In this document: piece after piece, positions 49,553 to 60,850 of the stretch
How the letters are laid out: each line of letters begins with the position of its first letter
Numbering within the stretch: position 1 is the stretch's first letter
Source: an uncultured Pseudobdellovibrionaceae bacterium
Lineage (GTDB): Bacteria > Bdellovibrionota > Bdellovibrionia > Bdellovibrionales > UBA1609
Length of the DNA: 64,000 nt
Assembly (NCBI GenBank): GCA_963803705.1
Contig: CAWDNU010000004.1
Span: 256,001-320,000 of the forward strand
Reading direction: 5' to 3'
The notes under the pieces: generated by a model
Told to the model about the DNA's origin: nothing
The model's database searches: none
Seen by the model: the letters and a program-made list of their open reading frames with translations, nothing else
Made by a program: the position numbers and the translations under genes

Positions 49553-51531
49553 GTGTATATTTTTATGAAAAATGACAATGTAATTTATGATTCAGAAACG
49601 CAAATCTACAACTTGTCAGCAAGATTTTTTACTCTTTACGGATTTCTTATATTCTTTTTTGTTGTATTGTGCATTCGCCTTTGGCACCTACAAATTATCC
49701 AAGGCGACGTCTTAAAAGTTATTTCAGTTAAAAACCGAGTAAAACAAAAAAAGATTCTGTCCCCAAGAGGCTATATACTGGATCGTGAAGGCAGGGTCCT
49801 AGTAGATAATAACCTTGTGTCGCAGCTTACACTTAATCTTCAGGGTTTAGATGCCACAGAAAAAAAGTCTATAGCAAAAAAAGTTGGTAAAATCTTAGAG
49901 CTCAATGAAAAGCAAATTTACAAACGGATCAATAAAAGCATTGTCCTAAATGGAAGATATTTCCCTGCTGTCATAGCTGATAATTTAACGATTGATCAGG
50001 CATATGCGTTAAAGTTGCTTCGTATCGATCATCCATTAATAAATATAGAAGAGTTTATTTCTAGAGTTTACCCCTTCAAATCCAGTGGAACTCAACTTTA
50101 TGGTTACGTTTCCCAGGTTTCAAAGAATCAGTTGGACAATCCAGAAGTTCGAATGAAAAAGCTTGTACCAGGAGATATGATTGGGAAAAAAGGTATCGAA
50201 AAAAAATTGGATTCGACCTTCGCGGCCAAGATGGTTTAACGTATGTTCAGGTAGATGCTCATGGGCGGGTAACAGACATTGAAGATAATATTTTGGAAGG
50301 TTCGAGCTTAGACCCCATCCGTTCTAAATCAGGTAATCACGTTATGCTCACAATAGACTTGGACATTCAGGAAGTCGCAACTAAAGCCTTTCAAAGAAAC
50401 GATGCAATTGGACCAAGAATAGGTGCATTGGTTGCTCTAAATAATAAGGGTGAAGTGCTTGCCTGGGTTAGCGAACCTTCTTACGATTCTAATAAATTTG
50501 TCTATGGAATTTCAAACGATGACTGGAAAGAACTGATTCAAAATCCTTTCAAACCTTTAAGAAACAAAGTGATTCAGGATAACTTTTCACCTGGCTCTAC
50601 TTTTAAACCTTTTGTTGGCTTTGCAGCTTTGGAAAACGGCGTAATCAAACCAGAAACTTTACTTGATTCACCAGGGTATTTTAAGCTTGGCCGCCGCAAA
50701 TACCACAACCACAAAAAAGGTGGTCACGGGTTGGTTAATATTTCTACCGCCTTAGAAACATCAAGTAATGTCTTCTTTTATAAATTAGCTATGGAGCTCG
50801 GTATTAATAAGATTGCCAAATATGCCAGAGCTTTTGGCTTAGGTTCTAGAACCGACGTTGGGTTCGACGCTGAAACTACAGGCTTAATACCAGATACTAA
50901 ATGGAAGCTGAAGAACAGGAACGAGCCCTGGCAGCGTGGCGAAGACCTGGTCCACTCGGTTGGACAGGGCTTTATAGACGTTACACCTTTGCAGATGGCC
51001 TTAGCATACTTAGCTATAGGTAACGAAGGCCCAATGTATAAACCTTTGATTGTAAAAAAAATCTTTAGGGGAAGTAATCAAAAAGAAGTAATAAAAGAAT
51101 TTAAGCCTCAACTTGTAAAGGATCTTTCTAAAGAAGATGAGGATGGGTTTAAGATTTCGGCTGAATCTTTTGCGGCTATCAAAAAGGGCCTTAAATTAGT
51201 CGGTAACGGCACTAGGGGAACCGCCAAGTGGTGGAAAATCCCAGGCGTACCAATCGCTGGAAAGACTGGTACTTCGCAAGTCAGAGCATTTAGTGGCTCA
51301 GAAATTTACAAATCCTGCTTTAATCGGGTTATCACTGACAGACATCATGGTTGGTTTGTAGGTTATGCTCCAGCTGACAAGCCTGAAATTTTTGTAGCAG
51401 TTCTAACAATGCATTCGTGCCATGGAAGCACTGGTTCTGCGCCGCTCGCCCGGGATGTCATGGAGGCTTATTTGCGTAAGTACCATCCTGAACTTTTTAA
51501 AACACCCCAGGAAAAAGTGGTTGGACTGTAA
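49553..51531 (+). CDS. mrdA: Penicillin-binding protein 2, one frameshift near 50.21 kb
   Basis: PRGYILDR, SPGSTFK, SSNVFFY, AGKTGT; the break follows an A-run. Confidence 0.95.
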
Positions 51532-51557
51532 CATCTTATAATATTAGGTAGGGTTTA

Positions 51558-52673
51558 ATGGATATCTCAAATAACTCTGAGAACAAAAAATTTGATTTCA
51601 ACTTAGCCCTAATAGTTTTGGCCTTGAATCTTGTAGGACTTATAAACTTATACAGCGCCTCTAATGGGGTAAATACTTCAGAAGTTAGTAGGCTATTTTG
51701 GCAGCAGATGATTTGGCTGCTTATGGGCTGGGGTGTATATCTAATTTTAACATTTCTAAATTATAACCTGATAAAAAGTTGGTCTACTTATATATACGGG
51801 ATTAACCTCATCTTTCTAATAGCCGTGATCTTCGTAGGTAAAAAATCCCTGGGGGCCCAGAGATGGATAGATCTTGGCTTTTTCAGGTTTCAACCTTCTG
51901 AAACAATGAAAGTGGCGCTGGTATTGGTTGTTGCAAAAGCGCTGACTTACCGCATTCGTCAGGAGGGCATGGGCTTAAAAGATCTGATGGTCCCCATCGC
52001 AATCACTTTAGTTCCATTTGTCATAACAGTGGTTCAACCCGATTTGGGAACATCTTTATTATATCTGGCCGTAGTCGGGACCACATTACTTTTTGTAAAA
52101 ATAAAAAAGACAGTTATTGTGGCGGCACTAATCTCGATGGCTGTTGCCTTACCAGTAGCATGGAAGTTTGGTCTAAAGGAATATCAGCGCGGTAGAGTGT
52201 TGACATTTATATCACCAGGCCGTGACCCTCGCGGGGCAGGCTACAATTCAATTCAATCCAAAATTGCTGTGGGGAGCGGTCAGATATTTGGAAAAGGGTT
52301 TAGAAAAGGAACTCAGTCACAATTGGAATTTTTACCTGAACGGCACACTGATTTTATCTTTAGTGTTTTGAGCGAAGAGCATGGCTTTGTCGGGAGCATA
52401 ACAACTATCGCTTTATTTGGTGTTTTATTTATTTTAGGTATCAAAATCGCCCAAAATACTAAAGACCCCTACGCCTGCATATTGGTTGTAGGGATTATGT
52501 CGATAATATTTTGGCACTTTTTCATCAATATTGGAATGGTAATGGGGCTGCTCCCCATAGTTGGGGTTCCGCTGCCTTTAATATCCTATGGTGGGTCTTC
52601 TTTACTTACGACTATGGCCTCTTTAGGACTTATTTCAAGTATCTCCTATAACCGAAGCTTGTTTCAAACCTAG
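51558..52673 (+). CDS. rodA: Rod shape-determining protein RodA
   Basis: GAQRWI, FQPSE, QPDLGT, LPERHTDFIF, PLISYGGSS. Confidence 0.96.
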   Translation: MDISNNSENKKFDFNLALIVLALNLVGLINLYSASNGVNTSEVSRLFWQQMIWLLMGWGVYLILTFLNYNLIKSWSTYIYGINLIFLIAVIFVGKKSLGAQRWIDLGFFRFQPSETMKVALVLVVAKALTYRIRQEGMGLKDLMVPIAITLVPFVITVVQPDLGTSLLYLAVVGTTLLFVKIKKTVIVAALISMAVALPVAWKFGLKEYQRGRVLTFISPGRDPRGAGYNSIQSKIAVGSGQIFGKGFRKGTQSQLEFLPERHTDFIFSVLSEEHGFVGSITTIALFGVLFILGIKIAQNTKDPYACILVVGIMSIIFWHFFINIGMVMGLLPIVGVPLPLISYGGSSLLTTMASLGLISSISYNRSLFQT

Positions 52674-52676
52674 TTA

Positions 52677-53000
52677 CTATATATGTGGAGTCACCTTAGA
52701 TTGGATCTCTTCTTTAGGGATATTTCCAATCATCTGATCTACAGCTTGACCGTCTTTAAATAAAACCATCATGGGTATTGACCGCACACCATATTTCGCT
52801 GCGCTTTCTCTGTTTTCATCAACATTTAGCTTTACAACTTTTAATTTTCCATCCAGCTCTGAAGCTAACTCTTCTAATTTTGGAGCTAACGCTCTGCATG
52901 GACCACACCATTCTGCCCAAAAATCCACAAGGACCGTGCCCTTAGCATTAATAACTTCTGCTTCGAAATTGCTATCTGTAACTTGTTCTGTAGTAGCCAT
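52677..53000 (-). CDS. trxA: Thioredoxin
   Basis: WAEWCGPC. Confidence 0.96.
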   Translation of the reverse strand: MATTEQVTDSNFEAEVINAKGTVLVDFWAEWCGPCRALAPKLEELASELDGKLKVVKLNVDENRESAAKYGVRSIPMMVLFKDGQAVDQMIGNIPKEEIQSKVTPHI

Positions 53001-53391
53001 CTTTTCTCCTTAAATCCCCAAATTCATATTTTTTACCTTAAGACCTATTAAGCCTTTAAATTTACAGTTTTCACCTTGAGGACAATTTATAAATTAAATC
53101 TATCGCGTCATTTTTAAAATATGTGCATAAAAACTAGATTGTAAAGGCACACCACTCATAAATCAATATCCAGAGGCGCCTAAAAGAACATTCGAAAAAT
53201 GTTCAAAGATAATCCTCGGATCAAATAAAACTTTAGTTTGAAAAAGCTTTACCCCAACCAAGCTCTTGTGCCTCGTTCAGATAAAATATTTAATATATGT
53301 CCGGACTTCAGATCTGGGCAGAAGGACAGAATTATCTTGGTAATATTTTAACCGATACTTACTATATGTTTCGATTTGCTTAAATCTTGAT

Positions 53392-54267
53392 ATGATTAAA
53401 CTAAGTGAGCTTTGCGTATTACTTCAGAATAACAACATCAAGTTAAAAACTTCTGACATTTTAACTATCCACAAGTCACTGATTGAAAAAAATTTTTGCT
53501 TTTTTAATCCTAGGACAATAAGGCAGCACAATTACAAAAAATTATACAATAATTCTTGGCTATTTCACCAGCTCACTGAAGTAAGACACTCTATTAAAAA
53601 ATGGACTGGCCATCATAAAATAAAAATCCTTACTATTGATGATGTTGACTACCCCGCTTCTTTGTTAAGCCTAGAAAATGCTCCGGCAAGTCTGTACGTA
53701 ATGGGATCGTTCAAAAATTTAAATGGGGCTATAGCTATAGTCGGACGCCGTGAAGCAAAGTCCTACACCCTTAATTGGATGGAAGAAAATCTGCCAAAAA
53801 TTTTTAGCTCTAAAGTACCTACTGTAGTTAGTGGTGGAGCAAGGGGTGTAGATACCAAAGCACACCAATTGGCTCTTCTAAATGAATGCCCTACAGTATA
53901 CGTTATGCCCTCAGGACTCTTAAACTTGTATCCGAAACATCTTAACTCAAGCGCAGCAGAGCTAATTAAATCAGGAGCTACATTTATAAGTGCCTACCAT
54001 CCAAATTCCGAGATGCGAAAACAAAACTTTTCAGATCGTAACTGGATTATCGCAGCCTTGGCCTCGAAGGTCATAATTTTAGAGGCAGAGATTAGAAGTG
54101 GAACCTATAAGACGGCAATGTATGCGCTAGAATTAGATCGAAATCTTGGAGTGGTACCTTCATTTCCAACAGACCAAAGCTATTCTGGATCCCTACAGCT
54201 AATTTACGATGGGGCAAATATGTTAAGAGGGCACGAAGATCTAAATTGTTTTATTGACGAGATTTAA
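53392..54267 (+). CDS. dprA: DNA-processing protein DprA
   Basis: YPASL, AIVGRR, VSGGARGVD, F.DRNWII, EAEIRSGT. Confidence 0.88.
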   Translation: MIKLSELCVLLQNNNIKLKTSDILTIHKSLIEKNFCFFNPRTIRQHNYKKLYNNSWLFHQLTEVRHSIKKWTGHHKIKILTIDDVDYPASLLSLENAPASLYVMGSFKNLNGAIAIVGRREAKSYTLNWMEENLPKIFSSKVPTVVSGGARGVDTKAHQLALLNECPTVYVMPSGLLNLYPKHLNSSAAELIKSGATFISAYHPNSEMRKQNFSDRNWIIAALASKVIILEAEIRSGTYKTAMYALELDRNLGVVPSFPTDQSYSGSLQLIYDGANMLRGHEDLNCFIDEI

Positions 54268-55381
54268 ATTTGAAAAAATCTGAGAATGTATCATTTTTGA
54301 ACTTCATCCAAAGTAAAGATAAAATAAAGAACAAAATATTTGGAATATAAACATAAGCTATGAGTTTTGCATTTCCAGCGAGGGACTCGAAGATAAAGTA
54401 CAAAATCCAATATGACATAGCCAAAAAAACGCATATTCCTAAGCTTTCAGAGCGAGACACTCGTTGAAATATGTTAAAACCGAAAGCCGCTCCCAGAAAA
54501 AGGAAAACAAAGCACACTATCGAAAGCTGAAGCCTTTTGTGCAATTCTAGTCGATAGGTGAAGTGCGACTTTTTAAATTCAGGTGTAAAACTTTTTAATC
54601 GCCTTTGAAGCTCGAAGTTCGACATCGCTCTGATAGAGGTTGAAGATCTTTTTCTACTTTCACTACTTGTCATAAAATTATATTCATCAAAATCGATTAC
54701 TGCATGGTTTTCTTCTTTTGGGTTATAGTGAATCTGTCCTTTTTTCATCTTCAAAAAAGAACCCAAATTATCTTTTTTCAAGATTTCACCTGATTTAGAA
54801 AAGACAACAGCAGGTTGTTTGTTTCTGCGATCTAAAATAAAGAAATTTTTAAACTGCTGATTCTTCTTATCAAGGCTTTCAACGTAAACCGTCATTGGAC
54901 CCAAAGTTAAAAAGACCCCAGGTTTCAGGTTTGAAGCTAAAGTTTCGCTAGCAATTTGAGAAGACAAAACTTTACTGGTTTCGACACCCTTGGGACCCAA
55001 AGTGCTAACACAGTAGTAGCAAAAGATAAAACTTAGACCACACAAAATCACCGCCGGAGCCAACAGTTGGCGCTTTGTATATCCCAAAGAACTTAGGGCC
55101 ACCAGTTCCGAATCCTGACTCATACGTCCGTAACCCAGTAGAATCGAGGCTAGAAAAGCCAGTGGAATGACAATTGGAAAAGTGGAAATGACTAAGCTCT
55201 TAAGCAGCAATAGAATAGACCCAAGGTCACTACCATAAATAAGAATCACATCTGTGAACCGAAACATTTGGACCATTAAAATGGTTAACAATAAAATAAA
55301 TAGGCTAAGCATATATGGGGACAATAATTCGCCAAAAATATATCCAAATAGCTTTAACCTAATTTTTAAAAATGGAATCAC
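54251..55381 (-). CDS. lptF: LPS export permease LptF/LptG family
   Basis: PLAFL...GRMSQDSELVALSSLG, ELHKRL, PNI. Confidence 0.8.
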   Translation of the reverse strand: MIPFLKIRLKLFGYIFGELLSPYMLSLFILLLTILMVQMFRFTDVILIYGSDLGSILLLLKSLVISTFPIVIPLAFLASILLGYGRMSQDSELVALSSLGYTKRQLLAPAVILCGLSFIFCYYCVSTLGPKGVETSKVLSSQIASETLASNLKPGVFLTLGPMTVYVESLDKKNQQFKNFFILDRRNKQPAVVFSKSGEILKKDNLGSFLKMKKGQIHYNPKEENHAVIDFDEYNFMTSSESRKRSSTSIRAMSNFELQRRLKSFTPEFKKSHFTYRLELHKRLQLSIVCFVFLFLGAAFGFNIFQRVSRSESLGICVFLAMSYWILYFIFESLAGNAKLIAYVYIPNILFFILSLLWMKFKNDTFSDFFKFKSRQ

Positions 55382-56580
55382 TTTATACTTTTATCACCCG
55401 GCGCGATAAAATCACGACTAGAGACGACAATCCCAGTAGAAACATCTGGCGTAGAGGATACGACTTTAATTACACCTATTCGATTTACTATTCCTAATAG
55501 TTTACGCTGGGGATTTCTTTTTTTTCTATTTTGTTTCACTTCGATCAACGAACCTGCTGTTATTCCTTCTTTTTCACCCTGTGATATAAAAACGGTTTGG
55601 CCAACGCCCATAATATTATAGCCAAAAAGCTCGCTACCTCTTAAAATTTCAGCGTCTACAGGCTGAACGTCTTTCGCATCATATGAAAGGTCATATTGAG
55701 GCACGCGGCCAGAGATTAACAGAGTTCCCTTTTCAATCAAATCAAAGCTTCTAGTTACTTGTCCTGCTACCAAACCGTTTTGAATGTCTTCTCGCCCAGT
55801 GATTTTGAGTTCACCTACGTACTCGTAAATCCTAATGTCGCTTAAGGTTCGTCCGCCAGGGGTTCTGGCTTTCTTTCTTGGTTTCACTAAGGTGTAAACA
55901 TTGCCAACAGGCAAGGGTTCGTTGGGTTTGATAAAAACTTCATCGAACGACCCCGCTATATCAAATTCGGCATTCAAAAAGCCTTCTACTTCTCCGTAGG
56001 TCCTAAGGTCTCCTTGATGTAAGAATGAGGATAAATTAAATTTCATAACGTTAGAGTCTAATTTTGAAAACTGAAGCTGAGTTTGACTAACGGCGCTACC
56101 CTGGTCTTCTCCGGTATTTTTCCACTCTGGAAAACTGTTCGGCAAATCATTTAAGACAGGAACGTTTTTAGGATCAGGGGGAATTTTAACCTCTGGGTCA
56201 TCTAAAGCATAAATTGAATTACCTGGCTCTTCAGATTTGACGCCGACAAAGACCTGCGGGGCACCGCCATCGGTACTACCTAAATAAAAACCTATAGTAT
56301 TTCCCGGATAAATTAAATGGGGGTTTCCTATGTAATCGTTCAACGACCAAATTTTTGGCCAGTAATTTGGAGTTCCAAAAAAAACTTCGCTTAATTCTGA
56401 AAGAGTATCTTTACGGCGGATAATGTAAGTTTCAGTCTTCTTAGTTTCAGCAATTTTGTTCCAATTATTAACAGGCTTGGACCAAAACTTCTTGTAAGCT
56501 TTATCAAATTGCTCTCGACCCTCCACTGCTGCGTGCGCTTGCAATGAAACTAAACATATAGTGCAGAAAACCAATTTCAT
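55378..56580 (-). CDS. Secreted LysM-domain protein
   Basis: YIIRRKDTL...WPKIWSLN..IGNPHLIYPG. Confidence 0.85.
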   Translation of the reverse strand: MKLVFCTICLVSLQAHAAVEGREQFDKAYKKFWSKPVNNWNKIAETKKTETYIIRRKDTLSELSEVFFGTPNYWPKIWSLNDYIGNPHLIYPGNTIGFYLGSTDGGAPQVFVGVKSEEPGNSIYALDDPEVKIPPDPKNVPVLNDLPNSFPEWKNTGEDQGSAVSQTQLQFSKLDSNVMKFNLSSFLHQGDLRTYGEVEGFLNAEFDIAGSFDEVFIKPNEPLPVGNVYTLVKPRKKARTPGGRTLSDIRIYEYVGELKITGREDIQNGLVAGQVTRSFDLIEKGTLLISGRVPQYDLSYDAKDVQPVDAEILRGSELFGYNIMGVGQTVFISQGEKEGITAGSLIEVKQNRKKRNPQRKLLGIVNRIGVIKVVSSTPDVSTGIVVSSRDFIAPGDKSIK

Positions 56581-56960
56581 ATGTGCAGTCCTAATTGAAA
56601 ATGAAGTTTTTTATATGTCAAAATTTCACTTAATTTAAGTTTAACTTTCACTATTAATATTATCTCTTAAATCGTTTGTTTTGCAAAAGGAGGTCTGGAT
56701 AAAGTTATCCACACAAAGTGTGTGTTAGTGTGCATAAAAGAACTGAGTCTAGACTTTGGTAGCGGCTTTTAGCGGATTGCCTAATTAGTAACTAACTTAT
56801 TAACTATATGATTTTAATAAGTTTTATAGGATTTTAAGACCCAAAATTATTCTTTAATTTAAGATTCTGTCAAACTCAAGTGGGTGCCTATGCATTTTTT
56901 AAAAGCCGCCACTACGGACAGATTTTTACCTAAGCTCTGAACTAGGCTTTGAATTGACCT

Positions 56961-57941
56961 GTGTCTTTGCACCTACACTTAGTGCAAAAAACTGGAACCC
57001 AGTCTTTTAGTTTAACTATTTTAGTGGCACTTTTTATTTGGTGGTCAGGAGAACTTTTAACTGGAATCTGGACTGGTGTGGATGGAATCTCTTTTAATGC
57101 TCACAAAATTTGCATTGAATACATAGAAACACCAGGAGTTTATAATTCATTAAACTTGAAACTAATTTGCTCTTACACTAATAAACGTGCTCAAACTTTA
57201 GAAATATCAGATAACTATCTGATATTTATATTTTCACAGTTGGGTTTACTTCACTTGCTTGTGGCTTCTGGCACGCATTTACTAATTTTGAAATCTGGGT
57301 GCAACCTACTAATTAAAACTATAACCAACAGCATGGCCCCAGTGTTCATTCTGCTATTCATTTTTGTTTTAGCTTCAAACTTCAACACTCCAGTCACTCG
57401 AAGTTTTGTTCAAGTCTTGATCTCTTTTTTAGTATTAAAGCACTCCTTAGCCTTGTCACAGGTTAATGTAACTTTCTTATCTTCGTTTATTTTCCTGACC
57501 TTTTTCCCTGCTGCTTTTTTAACATTATCTTTCTGGCTAAGCTTATCTGCAAGTCTTTTTATAGGACTATTTGGTCGATATCCAATCAGGTTGTCACTGG
57601 TCTTTTACCTTGGACTACTACCCTTTATAATGAATTTTACTGTGCCCTCGGTTGCCTCTGTACTGATAAATTTAGTTATAACTCCGGTTCTTGCCCCTTT
57701 ACTGATTTTAAATTCGCTCTTTTACTCGGTCGTAAAATTTTATAGACCTGTTGGTGAGTGGATTTTCGTAATGATAGAAGTTGTGCTTCGTTCATTCGTA
57801 CTGACAAATTTCGATAAGCCTAGCTCGTTTTTTAGATTACCCAGCGAATTAAAATTTATTTATGGATTTTTGATTCTCGCTCTTGCTCTTTATTTTCAGT
57901 ACCTTAGATCAAGAAAGCTGTGTGCAGAAATAAAAATTTGA
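56961..57941 (+). CDS. comEC: ComEC competence membrane domain
   Basis: GLLHLLVASGTH, PVTRS, SFWLS. Confidence 0.8.
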   Translation: MSLHLHLVQKTGTQSFSLTILVALFIWWSGELLTGIWTGVDGISFNAHKICIEYIETPGVYNSLNLKLICSYTNKRAQTLEISDNYLIFIFSQLGLLHLLVASGTHLLILKSGCNLLIKTITNSMAPVFILLFIFVLASNFNTPVTRSFVQVLISFLVLKHSLALSQVNVTFLSSFIFLTFFPAAFLTLSFWLSLSASLFIGLFGRYPIRLSLVFYLGLLPFIMNFTVPSVASVLINLVITPVLAPLLILNSLFYSVVKFYRPVGEWIFVMIEVVLRSFVLTNFDKPSSFFRLPSELKFIYGFLILALALYFQYLRSRKLCAEIKI

Positions 57942-58633
57942 CCACTTATTGTCTTATGAACTTTAGAATTAGTTTTGATAGGATCATCAATTTGATCTGG
58001 TTTAGCTTTATTTTAATTTCTCCGCGCCAACTTTCAAGTGACAGTAATATCCAAGGATACTTTTTATGGAATACTGGCTACAGCAACTTCATGACCAAGG
58101 TTACACCTCAAAGATGTAGACACATCGATCCCGGAGGAACCCTTTTGTTTCCCGAAGCGATTTACACTTTGTGCGCTGGAAGACAAAACATTTGGGCTAT
58201 CACAGAGCCTGACCGATTTCACAAAAGTTATAATAATAAGATGAGGTCACTTGGTGCCACCGAATTTAAATTGAAAAGACACGGTGCTGCCAAAAGACTT
58301 AAGCCAGATCAAGTGACTGCGAAAAAAAAGCAAGAGTATTTTAAGGAAGAAAATTTCTATATACCTAATCATCTAAACAAAGACAGTATGAATTTTTTAT
58401 TTAATAGAAAAAACAGAAAAGACTTCAGCGATTACTTGGTGCTGCCAAATCACGGACAACCTAAATACTTAAATCAAGACATAATACGAGCTCTTTCAAG
58501 TTTTAAAATGCGTATAGCAGGTAGCCAATCCCGCACCTACCACCATCATTTAAAAACTCAAAAAAAATTCCAAAAACTGAATCTGCCTGTGGTTTACAAA
58601 AACATATGGGGGCATTTATTTTTTGGAATTTAA
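57920..58633 (+). CDS. Degenerate ComEC-type MBL-fold domain as a separate ORF
   Basis: WNTGYS, HIDPGG, TEPDRFH, VLPNHG, KNIWG align loosely with ComEC C-terminal motifs. Confidence 0.55.
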   Translation: MCRNKNLTTYCLMNFRISFDRIINLIWFSFILISPRQLSSDSNIQGYFLWNTGYSNFMTKVTPQRCRHIDPGGTLLFPEAIYTLCAGRQNIWAITEPDRFHKSYNNKMRSLGATEFKLKRHGAAKRLKPDQVTAKKKQEYFKEENFYIPNHLNKDSMNFLFNRKNRKDFSDYLVLPNHGQPKYLNQDIIRALSSFKMRIAGSQSRTYHHHLKTQKKFQKLNLPVVYKNIWGHLFFGI

Positions 58634-58769
58634 ATATCATTTAGAGCTATATTTGGCTCGATGCCTATAACAAACTTAAGCGATTAAGGCTGCACAGCAA
58701 TAAACCTGTAAGAAACAGAGGCGTCAGAAGCAATGGAATTAATGTTCTCTTGGAACCTGCAAATTTATC

Positions 58770-59873
58770 TTATCTGTAAGGGCGATACTCCATATCTAAA
58801 TCACGAGCTACAGGTTCGTAAGTTACATATCCATTATAAACATTCAGACCCTTGAGCAAAGCCGGGTCATGTGAAATAGCCTCTTCAATCCCTAGTGCTG
58901 CAATTTTAGAAGCGTAAGAAAATGTCGCATTAGTTAGTGCATAGGTTGATGTTCTAGCCACAACACCGGGCATATTAGGAACGCAATAATGAATAACGCC
59001 GTTGATATCGTAAGTAGGTTCGGTGTGCGAAGTGGGTTTGCAGGTTTCAATGCATCCGCCTTGATCGACAGCGACATCAACAACGACACTGCCCTCAGAC
59101 ATAGTGCCTATCATCTCCTTTGTCACAAGTTTAGGAGCTTTCCGACCAGCAATTAACACTCCTCCAATCACTAGGTCAGAGGCCATAACGCAATTTTCGA
59201 TATTTGTAGCATTAGAATATAAGGTTCTCAGTCGGCCTTGAAAAACATCATCTAAGTATTCCAAACGTTTTTGATTCACGTCCAAAATTGTAACGTTCGC
59301 ACCTAAGCCAATAGCCATCTTGGCGGCGTTTATTCCAACTATTCCGGCACCCAAAATAGTCACTTCACCGCGGTGCACGCCAGATACTCCGCCTAATAAA
59401 ATTCCTTTACCACCTTTGTCTCTTTGCAAGTAAAAAGCACCCACTTGAGTTGCCATACGTCCAGCAACAGCGCTCATCGGGACTAATAGCGGTAGGCTTC
59501 CATCAGGGGCTTCAATAGTTTCGTAAGCTACAGCTTTAACTTTTTTCTGGCATAATACTTTCGTCAGCTGGGGCTCCGCAGCTAAATGCAAATAGGTGTA
59601 GATAATTTGGTCCTCTTGCATCAAATCGTATTCAGCAGGCAAAGGCTCTTTAACTTTCACAATCATCTGGGCTTTTTTATAAACTTCTGCTTTCGTGTCG
59701 ATTATTAAAGCGCCTGCTTTTTCATACTCTTCATTAGAAATAAAGCTTCCAAGCCCAGCATCTTTTTCAACATAAACGGTGTGCCCCTCTAGAACTAACT
59801 GTCTTACACCAGCTTCGGTTAAGCCCACACGATTTTCAGATATTTTAATCTCTTTTGGTACACCTACTATCAT
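58770..59873 (-). CDS. ald: Alanine dehydrogenase
   Basis: MIVGVPKEIKISENRV, YLHLAA, VDVAVDQGGC, PNMPG; start set at MIVG with SD AGAGGGG. Confidence 0.97.
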   Translation of the reverse strand: MIVGVPKEIKISENRVGLTEAGVRQLVLEGHTVYVEKDAGLGSFISNEEYEKAGALIIDTKAEVYKKAQMIVKVKEPLPAEYDLMQEDQIIYTYLHLAAEPQLTKVLCQKKVKAVAYETIEAPDGSLPLLVPMSAVAGRMATQVGAFYLQRDKGGKGILLGGVSGVHRGEVTILGAGIVGINAAKMAIGLGANVTILDVNQKRLEYLDDVFQGRLRTLYSNATNIENCVMASDLVIGGVLIAGRKAPKLVTKEMIGTMSEGSVVVDVAVDQGGCIETCKPTSHTEPTYDINGVIHYCVPNMPGVVARTSTYALTNATFSYASKIAALGIEEAISHDPALLKGLNVYNGYVTYEPVARDLDMEYRPYR

Positions 59874-59886
59874 TTGAATTCCCCTC

Positions 59887-60798
59887 TTAATAGTTCTGTT
59901 TAGTAGTATTAGAATTGTAATCAGATTTATAATCGTTTTCAGTGAGTTGGCAAATCGAATATGCATTAGGCTGACTTAAAATAGCTTTCATCAACTGATT
60001 CATCAAATCATGCCCTGATTTATACAACACTAAATGGCCCAGAAGTGGATGACCCAACGTCATCATATCCCCTATGGCGTCCAAAATCTTATGTCGAACG
60101 AATTCGTCTTGATAGCGAAGTCCCTCTGGGTTCAATACCTTTTTATCATCTAAAACAACTGCATTTTGCAGGCTACCGCCAAGGGCTAAACCTCTTGCAT
60201 GCAAAGCCTGTACGTCTTTCATAAAACCAAAAGTTCTGGCGGCCATTATCTGCTCGGAAAAAGATCTTGGCGAAAGTTCAAAAACCATATTTTGCTCCCC
60301 AATGCTTGGGTGGTTGAACTCTATAGTGTTTGAAATCTTTAAGCCACTGTAGGGGAAAATATGAGCATACTTTTCATGGTTTCCAACTTGAACAGGTGCT
60401 TGAATTTTGAAATAGTATTTGGGCTCTTTGTAATCGTAAGACCCTGCTTCTGATAATCTGTCGTAAAATATCTTGGAACTGCCATCAAGAATCGGCATCT
60501 CGGGACCAAAAACTTCAATGTTTAAATTATCAATTCCCAATGCTGCTACTGCTGACAACGCGTGCTCAACAGTTGAGACACTAGTTTTTTGATTTTGTCC
60601 CAAAGTTGTGGCCATATCTGTAGCCATAACTTGCTCTGGGGTAAGTTTGAAGTGAGGTTCACCAGGTAAATCTTTTCTAACTAAATGGATGCCTGAAGAC
60701 GCAGGGGCTGGAACAAAATGAGCAATAGCTTTTTGACCAGAGTGCAAGCCGATGCCCTCAATCACTACTGTTTTATTCAAAGTTTTTTGAAATGACAT
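59887..60798 (-). CDS. lpxC: UDP-3-O-acyl-N-acetylglucosamine deacetylase
   Basis: GIGLHSG, TVEHALS, PILDGS, ARTFGF, HKILDAIGD. Confidence 0.97.
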   Translation of the reverse strand: MSFQKTLNKTVVIEGIGLHSGQKAIAHFVPAPASSGIHLVRKDLPGEPHFKLTPEQVMATDMATTLGQNQKTSVSTVEHALSAVAALGIDNLNIEVFGPEMPILDGSSKIFYDRLSEAGSYDYKEPKYYFKIQAPVQVGNHEKYAHIFPYSGLKISNTIEFNHPSIGEQNMVFELSPRSFSEQIMAARTFGFMKDVQALHARGLALGGSLQNAVVLDDKKVLNPEGLRYQDEFVRHKILDAIGDMMTLGHPLLGHLVLYKSGHDLMNQLMKAILSQPNAYSICQLTENDYKSDYNSNTTKQNY

Positions 60799-60850
60799 AG
60801 AAAGAATTAATCAGAAAAGCCGTAAACAATCAACACACTAAAAATTAGCA

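Noticed and set aside
48193..52673. mreB missing upstream of mreC
   Set aside because: mreB can be encoded apart from mreCD; not evidence of loss
59874..59966. N-terminal extension of Ald overlapping lpxC
   Set aside because: The canonical MIVGVPKE start with an SD lies at 59873
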